Assembly (NCBI GenBank): GCA_044376115.1
Contig: JBILLK010000011.1
Location: 64,001-128,000, forward strand
From: Polyangiaceae bacterium
GTDB taxonomy: Bacteria > Myxococcota_A > Polyangia > Polyangiales > Polyangiaceae
DNA: 64,000 bases
Direction: 5' to 3'
Positions 37,329-45,335 of the stretch are shown here, one piece after another; position 1 is the first letter of the stretch, and each line of letters starts with the position of its first letter. The position numbers were made by a program, and so were the translations under genes. The notes beneath the pieces are model-generated. The model was not told where the DNA came from. It saw only the letters and a list, made by a program, of their open reading frames with translations, and searched no databases.

Positions 37329-39629
37329 CTACGCTGCGAAGCGCTCCGGCAGCACTCTCTGCGGAGACTGGCTGGGGGACGACTGCATCGCGTGGATTCC
37401 GCTCTTGCGATTGGCTGAAGCCGCAAGCAACCGCTCTTCTTCGCTCGCATAGTTGCGATCCCAGTCCAGCACCTTCGGCGTCATGAGCGCATGCCAGAGC
37501 GGCGGAATCATCGCGACCAAGAGCGTCGTTAGATAGCCTCCGATCATCATCGGTGCGTCCGGGTAGGGTCGCAAATCCTGGTAGGGGACCTCGCCTTGCG
37601 CGTGGTGATGAGAGTGGCGCGTGAGATTGAACATCGCCCAGGAGCTGACGCGACGGTTCGTGTTCCACGAGTGGCGTGGCTGCACTGGCGTGGCCGGATT
37701 TCGAACCATCCCATAGTGCTCCATGTAGTTGACGATCTCGAGCAGCGCCTTACCCCACAACGCGCATGCGATGAAGAACGCTGCGGCTTGCCACCCTCCC
37801 ATCAGCCAGGCGAGGACGACCAGCAATACGCTCATGGCATGCCCACGCAAGAACGCGTTGTGCCAGGAAAGCGTGGCGCGATTCTTCTTGGCTAACCGCT
37901 CGACTTCAATGTTCCAGGCGCTCAGATTGCCCCTGACGGTCGAGCTTAGTACGTGAAAATAGACATTGCGACCACGCGGCGCAGTCGCGGGATCCTCGGT
38001 CGTCGAGACGTAGCGATGGTGACCGTAGACGTGCTCGATAGCGAAGGTGGTATCGAAGCTAAACGCCAATAGCCAACGCCCGACAAACATCGATACGGGG
38101 TCCCAAGTGCGATGGGTTAGCTCGTGGGCGGGAATGGTACCCACCATGCCGATCATTAGTCCCGTGAGCACCCAGCCCGCCACGTGGTGGCCGAGGCTGG
38201 TTGACGCGCGCGCGGCAAGTACATCGTAGCCAGACCATTGCGATAACCAGGCGCCGTAGCCGAGCGGATCCCCGGGGCACACTGTCCATACCGCTGTAAA
38301 AACAATCGTCATGAGCAGCGGCAAAGCCAGCCAAAGCTGCCCTGTCAGCAGCCACTTGTGACGCAGGTGAGGTGTCCTCGTGTCATCTCCCAGAAGCGCG
38401 TCGCCAAGGATGTAGAACAATAACACTGTGAGCAAGCCAGCCGTTCCGTACCAATTCCCCGCCAGCAGGGCGATCAGCGAGAACAGGCCAATCCCGTGGA
38501 ACAGGAAGTACTTTAGGTAGTCGAGGGCGGTCTGTAGAGCCGAAGCCTTCTCGTTCACGTTGGGCGGCAGCAAAGCATCTGCACGAGGCGCCGGCTCGAG
38601 GGCGGCGCCCGTATCGGCTGCGGTTAGGAAGCGGTCGGCGTGGAGGTTCGTCGGGGCAACGCCATGCGCGAGAAGGACCGCGGCGGCCGAGTCGACCATG
38701 GCCGGAGGGCCGCAAAGGTAAGCCTGCGCGTCTGGCTCAATCAGCGCGGGCAACTTGTCGGCGATGAGGCCCCGCTCTCCACTCCAGCGTGCGTCCGGAG
38801 CCAGCTGCGAGAGCACTGGGATGAAGCGGAAGCCATCTCCCCAAGTCTGCGCGAGCGCTTCAAGCTCTGCCTGCGCGTAGAGATCTCGTTCCTCCCGCGC
38901 GCCAAATATCAACGTAACTGGGCGCTTTATCCCCTCGGCTGCCGCTTGCTGCAACATGGCTAGGATCGGCGCTAGCCCGCTGCCGCCTGCAATCATCAGG
39001 AGGGGCGTGTTGCCATCGCGAAGCCAGAAGTCTCCGCTCGGACCCTCCACCATGACTCGTTGGCCCACCGCGTCCTGGTCATTGAGGAAGCTGGAGAGCT
39101 TCCCGCCGGGCACTTTGCGGACATAGAAGGTCAGAGTGCCTTGCTCATTGCAAGGCGTGCCAAACGAGTACGAACGAGCGATGTCCACGCCAGGGCCTTC
39201 TGCTGAGTCGATACTCAGCTTGCAGAATTGGCCTGCGCGGTAAGCTAGCGTCTCCTCGAGCTGCACGCTGAGCCGCATGATGTCGTGTGTGACGCGCTCC
39301 TGCGCAATCACTCGCCCAGCGATCTTGCGCTGAGGTTCTTTGTTTAACTCGACCTCAACGCGGATATCCGACTTCGGAATACTCTGGCAAGCGAGGATAT
39401 AGCCTTGCTCGAGCTCTTCCTTGCTTAACAGGTAGCTCGTGTCGGTGAGTTGTTTCACCTCCCCGGTCGCGAGCTTGCACTTGCAGGAGGCGCAACCGCC
39501 GACGCGGCAGCTGTTGGGGAAGTCGAGGCCACTTCGAAGTGCTGCCTGAAGCACCGTCTCTTTGGGTAACAGCGTGATTAGCTGCTCGTTGATCTGGGCT
39601 GTCATGGGGCCGTGAGCGCGGGTCGTCAT
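37329..39629 (-). CDS. alkB: 2Fe-2S ferredoxin - ferredoxin:NAD(P)H reductase - AlkB-type membrane di-iron monooxygenase fusion
   Basis: CRVGGCASC...LAC (Fer2); RSYS, GGSGLAP, YLCGPP (FNR); HELTH, EHVYGHH, NYMEHYG, LTRHSHHH (AlkB His boxes); AGGAGG RBS before 39629. Confidence 0.92.
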   Translation of the reverse strand: MTTRAHGPMTAQINEQLITLLPKETVLQAALRSGLDFPNSCRVGGCASCKCKLATGEVKQLTDTSYLLSKEELEQGYILACQSIPKSDIRVEVELNKEPQRKIAGRVIAQERVTHDIMRLSVQLEETLAYRAGQFCKLSIDSAEGPGVDIARSYSFGTPCNEQGTLTFYVRKVPGGKLSSFLNDQDAVGQRVMVEGPSGDFWLRDGNTPLLMIAGGSGLAPILAMLQQAAAEGIKRPVTLIFGAREERDLYAQAELEALAQTWGDGFRFIPVLSQLAPDARWSGERGLIADKLPALIEPDAQAYLCGPPAMVDSAAAVLLAHGVAPTNLHADRFLTAADTGAALEPAPRADALLPPNVNEKASALQTALDYLKYFLFHGIGLFSLIALLAGNWYGTAGLLTVLLFYILGDALLGDDTRTPHLRHKWLLTGQLWLALPLLMTIVFTAVWTVCPGDPLGYGAWLSQWSGYDVLAARASTSLGHHVAGWVLTGLMIGMVGTIPAHELTHRTWDPVSMFVGRWLLAFSFDTTFAIEHVYGHHRYVSTTEDPATAPRGRNVYFHVLSSTVRGNLSAWNIEVERLAKKNRATLSWHNAFLRGHAMSVLLVVLAWLMGGWQAAAFFIACALWGKALLEIVNYMEHYGMVRNPATPVQPRHSWNTNRRVSSWAMFNLTRHSHHHAQGEVPYQDLRPYPDAPMMIGGYLTTLLVAMIPPLWHALMTPKVLDWDRNYASEEERLLAASANRKSGIHAMQSSPSQSPQRVLPERFAA

Positions 39630-39664
39630 GGTTCCTCCTGCCCGAAAACCCTAGCCAACGAACG

Positions 39665-39702
39665 GGGGTCATTTGTTGACAACAAGGGGTCATTTGTTGA
39701 CA
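39665..39702. promoter_or_regulatory. Perfect 17-bp tandem repeat with 21-bp period, putative AraC-family operator
   Basis: GGGGTCATTTGTTGACA at 39665-39681 and 39686-39702, between the divergent alkB fusion and araC. Confidence 0.75.
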
Positions 39703-39710
39703 GTAGGCCT

Positions 39711-40739
39711 GTGGCCGCTGAGCTCGACGCAGTACATTTTGCGATTCCGCCTCCCTATCTGCTGCAGATCGTGCACCAAGTTGCCGCGTGCGGCGTCGAT
39801 GTCGACCGCTGGCTCGCGCCTGCGGGGTTGTCGGCTGGCGCGCTCGCCGAGCTCGCGCAGGACTTCCCCCTTCCGCTATTTGAGCGGCTGTTACGAGATG
39901 CGTTGGCACTCACCGGTGAACCAGCGTTGGGGTTGCTCGTGGGCCAATCGCTTCAGCTCCAAACTCATGGGTACGTTGGCTACGCCGCGCTTAGCAGCGG
40001 CTCTCTACGACAGGCCCTTGGGCTGTTTGGCGCCTTTACGCGCGCGCGCCTCTCCTTGCTCGATGTGGTGGTCGAGGAGCGGGGGGACACGGTTCGCGTG
40101 CGCATCGTAGAGCGCTGGCATTTGGGGGCTGCGCAGCGGCCGGTGCTGGAAGCGGTGACGATGGCCGTGAAGAACATCCTGGAGGCGATCTCGGTGGGAA
40201 GCGGCTCGATCGACCTGGTGTCGTTTCCATTTGCCGCACCGAGCTATGCCGACTTTGCCGGGAAGTTACTCGGTTGCCGAGTGCGCTATGGCAGTAGCTG
40301 GGCCGGCTTTACGCTGCCGAATCGTGGGCTTGATAGGCCGCTACGAGCTGCCGACCCGATCGCCTTTCGCGAGGCGGTCAATATCTGCGAGCGCGAGCTT
40401 GCTAGGCTCGCGACGACCGAGACCTTCGCAGGGCGAGTGCGTCGGCTTCTGCTCGAGCAGCCAAACGGATTTCCCTCCCTCGAAGTATGTGCGCGCTTGC
40501 TGCAGGTGACACCGCGCACCTTGCACCGCCGCCTACTCGATGAAGGGACGAGCTTCCGAGAGATACTCGAAGAGCTGCGCAGCCAGCTGGCTCGGGACTA
40601 TCTTCAGCTCGGGAGCTTTAGTTTTCAGGAGATCGCCTATCGACTTGGCTATCGCGATATAGCCAACTTCCGTCGGGCGTTCAAACGTTGGGAAGGCGAG
40701 CCGCCGGTGACCTACCGTAATAAGCTGACGAAGCGGTGA
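39711..40739 (+). CDS. AraC-family transcriptional regulator
   Basis: LTGEPALGL..G, HGYVGYA; HTH VTPRTLHRRL...IAYRLGY.DIANFRRAFKRWEG.PP. Confidence 0.93.
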   Translation: MAAELDAVHFAIPPPYLLQIVHQVAACGVDVDRWLAPAGLSAGALAELAQDFPLPLFERLLRDALALTGEPALGLLVGQSLQLQTHGYVGYAALSSGSLRQALGLFGAFTRARLSLLDVVVEERGDTVRVRIVERWHLGAAQRPVLEAVTMAVKNILEAISVGSGSIDLVSFPFAAPSYADFAGKLLGCRVRYGSSWAGFTLPNRGLDRPLRAADPIAFREAVNICERELARLATTETFAGRVRRLLLEQPNGFPSLEVCARLLQVTPRTLHRRLLDEGTSFREILEELRSQLARDYLQLGSFSFQEIAYRLGYRDIANFRRAFKRWEGEPPVTYRNKLTKR

Positions 40740-40784
40740 AAGGTTGAATTAGGGCTCTGGGCCACTCACCGCTGTTCCTATCCG

Positions 40785-41384
40785 TCAGTTGAGTTCGACC
40801 GAACATTCGCCTTCTTCAGCGGGGCGAGCAGGCTCCCCTTCGACCTCTTGCACATTGTAAGTTTGTGTGGCGGCAGCGGAGAAGATGGAGAACGCGAGGT
40901 CGAATGCCTCCTCGTGGGATTGAATGGTAAAGCAGCTGTCCGTCGCGAAGCGGGAGTTGCCGATGTTCAAGATGGTCGCGTCGACTTCCGCCCTGGTGTC
41001 GAGCTCGGCGTAGAGCGCGGTGCACTCATCCTCGCTCAGCCGACCGAGTGCGACGTTGTCCAGCGCCGCTCGTAGGCCCTCAAATTGTTCGTTCGTCAAA
41101 GGCGTCGGAGCGAGCTCGAAGTGGTACCAACACTGTCCTTCCCACCCTCCGGCCAAGCCTTGGATCGTCTTGTCAGCGAGGTTGATTTCGACCTCGTCCC
41201 CTTTGCCTGCGCCGACCCTTGAGAAGCGGACGACGTTGCAATCTCCGCCCGAAAAGCCTGCGTCAGCGTATTCTTCTTCAAAGCAGCCACCGTCAATGAA
41301 CTCGGCGGCCGACTGTTGCCAGGTAGCTTCTCCATCGCAGGCGGCCAGGAGCACGAAGAGAGCTGAGCAGATGCTGTATTTCAT
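40785..41384 (-). CDS. Acidic lipoprotein, unknown function
   Basis: AAGGA RBS; LLAAC lipobox; several Cys. Confidence 0.65.
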   Translation of the reverse strand: MKYSICSALFVLLAACDGEATWQQSAAEFIDGGCFEEEYADAGFSGGDCNVVRFSRVGAGKGDEVEINLADKTIQGLAGGWEGQCWYHFELAPTPLTNEQFEGLRAALDNVALGRLSEDECTALYAELDTRAEVDATILNIGNSRFATDSCFTIQSHEEAFDLAFSIFSAAATQTYNVQEVEGEPARPAEEGECSVELN

Positions 41385-41455
41385 TGGATATCCTTAAGCT
41401 TTGCGATTGTTGAAGTGGTAAGTCGTTATGAGCAGTCGCTCGCGTAGGTCGACTT

Positions 41456-41471
41456 TGCAGCTGCTGTGCCA
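41456..41471 (-). promoter_or_regulatory. Putative sigma54 -24/-12 promoter
   Basis: Minus strand TGGCACAGCAGCTGCA (GG-N10-GC), ~70 bp upstream of ATG 41384. Confidence 0.5.
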
Positions 41472-41678
41472 CGCTCGGCTGAAGCCTGCTCGTAACCGGA
41501 TTGGGGCGGTACGCGGCGAACAAACTGGTATGTGTGGCAGCTCGTTCTGCCCAACGCGACACGCTTGTCACGGCCTCACCTTACGTGCTGAGGCTGCGCC
41601 TGCCCGCGACGAATCTCCCGGGCTCGCTCTCTTCATGAGCCGTGTAATCGGCACCCTGCGCTCCCTTTGCCGCGAGGT

Positions 41679-42302
41679 TCAATCCTTTGCGGCCTGCTCC
41701 GCGGGTTGCTCCGAGGCGAGGCGAAGCGCGAGCTCGAGGCAGGCATCCTCGAGCGCGAGGGACAGCGCCTTGACGATCTCCTCGGCGCTCGAGTTCACGG
41801 CTGGACGCTCGACGCGTACCGTTTGGGGGCGCAGCGCGCTAGCGCCGTCTTGTAGTACGAAGCGTAGCTCGACCAACGCGTGGCGGTCGGGCCCGACGCG
41901 TACCTCCTCAAACGCCAGCACGTCCACCGCCAGCATGGGCGCGTCCCCTGTAAGTTGTTCTACGAAGATACTTCGCTCGAACAAGGCTCGAGCAAGCTCG
42001 CGATGCACGAGTACCGTTGGTTTTTCCGTCCAGCGCCGGTCCTCATAATAGCCTCCCTCCACGGCTGACGAACGAAAGTAGAGCTTCTTGTTCAAGTGCG
42101 CGCCGGCGTTGATTCGGTTCATCCGCAGCGGCCGTTCCTCACGGTTACTAGGTGCGTTCCCTGGCGGCAGTAGACGAACGCTATTCGATTGAGACGGGGT
42201 CATTGAGTAGTAATGAACAACAAGCGCAGGCTGCTTCTCGGTGAGCGCACAGCTCGAGAGCAGCAGGTACCAGAACGCGGCGCCGCGGAAGGTGGCGCTC
42301 AT
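41679..42302 (-). CDS. PqiC-like ABC transport auxiliary lipoprotein
   Basis: LSSC lipobox; YYEDRRWTEKP; last gene of the MCE operon. Confidence 0.8.
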   Translation of the reverse strand: MSATFRGAAFWYLLLSSCALTEKQPALVVHYYSMTPSQSNSVRLLPPGNAPSNREERPLRMNRINAGAHLNKKLYFRSSAVEGGYYEDRRWTEKPTVLVHRELARALFERSIFVEQLTGDAPMLAVDVLAFEEVRVGPDRHALVELRFVLQDGASALRPQTVRVERPAVNSSAEEIVKALSLALEDACLELALRLASEQPAEQAAKD

Positions 42303-43255
42303 GGCGCTACTACCTTTTCTCGTCCTTTGAGCAGCATATCGGAGTCTCGTTCGAGTACCTCGGCGAGGTCACGGACCGCCTGTGCGGCCTCGCCCACGTC
42401 GCGCAAAGTCTCATCCAGCGCCTCTGCGCTATCCCCCACGCGGCCGAGAGAGTTGCTCGTTTTGACGACGCTCGAGACCAGGCCCTCTTTGCCGTCGAGG
42501 CGGCCTAATAGCGCACTTAGTTGCGCGACCGTTCTGTCGATGCTCGCGAGTGCGCTGGCCGTGCCCTGGGGCAGCTCGGCCTCATTGATCGATTTAGCGA
42601 ATATCCGAAAGTCCTTGAGCGCCTCTCGCGCGCCGACGACCACGGCTAGCACCTGATCTGGCAAGCCCTTGAGTCGTATCTCCTCGAGCACGACGTCGAC
42701 GGTGCGCAAGATGGATTCCGCTCGCGCCAAGAGCCCCGGTAAGTTGTCTAGCGCTTGAATCAGGTTTTCTTCCAGGCTCTTGAACAGGGAAACCGCGGCG
42801 GGGATCGAATTGGGGTCGGTCGTAAAGGGTAGGTCGGGCAGTGGATTGACCTTCACATCAAAGTAGTCAAGCAGCAGAAACTTCACTCCTGTGATCCCCT
42901 GGGAGGCCAGCTGCGCGCGTAGCTCCGTGGGAACCAAAAAGCGTGGCGCCCCGGCATGCTCGTCTTGAATGAGCCCCATGCGGCGAATTGCCTCCACGTC
43001 GAGCGCCATCTCCACGTCCACATGGCGATGGTCCGGAGCAATCACGATGCTGTTCACGGTTCCGAGCGGTACCCCGCGAAACCGTACTGGCGCACCGACC
43101 TCCAAGCCTTGCACCGATTCGTTGAAGTAGGTGTGGTAGCTCACCGTCTCCTTCTTGTTCGAGTGAGCAAAAAGAGCGGACGCAGAGAGGATGCTAACTG
43201 CGATGGTAAATAGGACGAAGAGTCCAAGTTTGAACGCGTGAGTCTTAGTGGCCAT
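42299..43255 (-). CDS. mlaD: MlaD/MCE-domain protein
   Basis: KLGLFV anchor; FNESVQGLEVGAPVRFRGVPLGTV; QGITG; helical tail. Confidence 0.9.
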   Translation of the reverse strand: MATKTHAFKLGLFVLFTIAVSILSASALFAHSNKKETVSYHTYFNESVQGLEVGAPVRFRGVPLGTVNSIVIAPDHRHVDVEMALDVEAIRRMGLIQDEHAGAPRFLVPTELRAQLASQGITGVKFLLLDYFDVKVNPLPDLPFTTDPNSIPAAVSLFKSLEENLIQALDNLPGLLARAESILRTVDVVLEEIRLKGLPDQVLAVVVGAREALKDFRIFAKSINEAELPQGTASALASIDRTVAQLSALLGRLDGKEGLVSSVVKTSNSLGRVGDSAEALDETLRDVGEAAQAVRDLAEVLERDSDMLLKGREKVVAP

Positions 43256-43994
43256 CTTGCTCGCTCGCTTTGCGTTGAAAGAAGTTGCTGACACGCTTGT
43301 CCGCGCTCATCGCGAGCTGCTGCGGGGGCCCCTCGGCGATGAGGCTCCGGCTGGGCCCATCGAGTAGGAGGCAACGATCTGCAACGGCACAGACGGAGGC
43401 GAGCTCGTGGGATACCAAGATCACGGTAACGCCAATCACCTTGGCTAGCGTCAAGATGAGCTGGTCGAGTTCGGCCGAGGTGATGGGATCAAGCCCTGCT
43501 GACGGTTCATCCAAGAACAGTAGGCTTGGCTCGAGCGCCAAGGCGCGGGCGATGGCCGCACGCTTGCGCATGCCGCCAGAGAGAACTGCTGGGAACTTGT
43601 GGGCCTCTCCCTCGAGCCCAACGAGCCGCAGCTTGGCCAGCGCCATCACGCGTACCAGGTCCTGGGGAAGATCAGCCCATTCACTAAGTGGTAGTGCTAC
43701 GTTGTCTAACAAAGAGAGCGAGCCAAAGAGCGCCCCACCTTGAAACATCACGCCAAAGGTGGGGTGGCCCACGCCAAGGCCACGGTGCGGCGCTCCAGAC
43801 ATCAATACCTCGCCCGCCAAAGGTGGTTCCAGGCCGATGAGATGGCGCAGTAAGGTTGACTTGCCGCAACCACTCCTGCCCAAGATGGCTACGATTTCCC
43901 CTTTTGAGACCTCGAAGTTGACGTGCTCCACCAGCACGGAGCTCGGGTCGTAGCCAACGCTTAGGTCTTTCGTCTGCAAGGTCGGCGTGGTCAT
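43245..43994 (-). CDS. mlaF: MlaF-like ABC ATPase
   Basis: GRSGCGKS, LSGGMRKRAAIARAL, FLDEPSAGLDP, SHE. Confidence 0.92.
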   Translation of the reverse strand: MTTPTLQTKDLSVGYDPSSVLVEHVNFEVSKGEIVAILGRSGCGKSTLLRHLIGLEPPLAGEVLMSGAPHRGLGVGHPTFGVMFQGGALFGSLSLLDNVALPLSEWADLPQDLVRVMALAKLRLVGLEGEAHKFPAVLSGGMRKRAAIARALALEPSLLFLDEPSAGLDPITSAELDQLILTLAKVIGVTVILVSHELASVCAVADRCLLLDGPSRSLIAEGPPQQLAMSADKRVSNFFQRKASEQDGH

Positions 43995-45127
43995 AGGTTG
44001 GAGAGGCGAAAGACCACGGTTAGGGATGCATCAATGAGGACGATGACGAACAAGCCAATCACCACCGTGGAGGTCGTACGACGACCAACGCCTGCCGCGC
44101 CCCCCGAGGTAGCGAACCCTTGCTGACAAGCGATGAGTGCAATCGCTAGCGCGTAGCAGGCTGCTTTGATCAGCCCGCCAGCGATGTCCCAGGGCAGGAT
44201 AGCCGTGCGCGTCTCAGTCAAGTACGCGGTCGCGCTGATATGAAGATTGTAGCGCGCGACGGTCATCCCGCCGAGGACGCCGAAGAAGTCCGCGACGACG
44301 GTTAGTAGTGGCACTACTAGCAATAGAGCCAAGACGCGTGGGAATACGAGATAGCGCATCGGGCCGAAGCCCATGGTGCGCAGTGCATCGAGCTCCTCGG
44401 AGACTTTCATCGTCCCCAGCTCTGCAGCAATACCTGCGCCCGATCGACCACAGACGATGATTGCCGTCATCAGCGGAGCCAACTCGCGCGTCACGGCCAA
44501 GCCAACGATGTCCGCTACGAAAATGTCGGCGCCGTAGGTTTGCAGCTGACGTGCGGATTGAAAGCCCATCACGAAGCCAACGAGGAAGTTGATCAGAATG
44601 ACGATCGGCATCGCGTCCGCCCCTGCCGTGCTCGCCAAGGTCAAAACGGAACGAAGATTGCCAGTGTGCGGTCGCCTGAGCACGCTCGCGAACGCGGAGG
44701 TGGCGCTGCCAATGAAGGACACGAAGGTCTTGAGGTCGGCTAGCAACGTTTGGGTTCGCCCACCGAGCGCCTCCACTGCTCGACTTGCGCGATTACCCGC
44801 CGCGTAGGGGCGAGTACCTACCTCCACGGGAGTTCCGTCCGCGTTGCCGCCATAGAGGGTAATCAACGCATGGGCGCGTTCGCCTTTGGCGATAATGCTG
44901 CAAAGGGCTCCACTCGCCTGCAGGCGTGAGCGCCAATGAACCAACAGCGCCATGGCAGCGCCGTCAATCTCACTTGCTTGCGTCAGGTCAAGGTCGAGTT
45001 GAGCCCCGTGGTTGTTCGTCGCCAGTTCCAGCGCTGCTGCAAGTTGCTTGGCGGTGCCAAGGTGGAGCGGGCCGGTGAGCATGATGCTCCGCTCATGGCG
45101 CGATGCGGCCGGCTCGTCCGAGGTCAA
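43991..45127 (-). CDS. mlaE: MlaE permease with N-terminal STAS domain
   Basis: LDLTQASEIDGAAMALL (STAS); RELAPLMTAIIVCGRSG..AELGTMKVSEELDAL; VGRRTTSTVV; TTG start uncertain. Confidence 0.92.
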   Translation of the reverse strand: MTSDEPAASRHERSIMLTGPLHLGTAKQLAAALELATNNHGAQLDLDLTQASEIDGAAMALLVHWRSRLQASGALCSIIAKGERAHALITLYGGNADGTPVEVGTRPYAAGNRASRAVEALGGRTQTLLADLKTFVSFIGSATSAFASVLRRPHTGNLRSVLTLASTAGADAMPIVILINFLVGFVMGFQSARQLQTYGADIFVADIVGLAVTRELAPLMTAIIVCGRSGAGIAAELGTMKVSEELDALRTMGFGPMRYLVFPRVLALLLVVPLLTVVADFFGVLGGMTVARYNLHISATAYLTETRTAILPWDIAGGLIKAACYALAIALIACQQGFATSGGAAGVGRRTTSTVVIGLFVIVLIDASLTVVFRLSNL

Positions 45128-45176
45128 ACGTCGGTCTGAAGCTCACGCAGCTTAGTCTTGAACACCCCTACGCATT

Positions 45177-45192
45177 GGCAACGTGTGCGCCA
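45177..45192 (-). promoter_or_regulatory. Putative sigma54 promoter of the mla/pqi operon
   Basis: Minus strand TGGCGCACACGTTGCC (GG-N10-GC with TTGC), ~50 bp upstream of the mlaE start. Confidence 0.55.
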
Positions 45193-45335
45193 CTCGCGCT
45201 TGCCGAAAACGCGCCAATTAGGGGCGAACAAATTGGCCCAACGGTCGATTTGACGAATAGGCCCCATCGATTTGATGGGCTGAACCCACGCCCCGCCGTG
45301 CTCCAAGGCCCCGGCGAGGCACGAGTCATTGCGGC

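Noticed and set aside
45124..45306. 60-aa ORF upstream of mlaE
   Set aside because: No motif and atypical composition; the region is better explained as a promoter.
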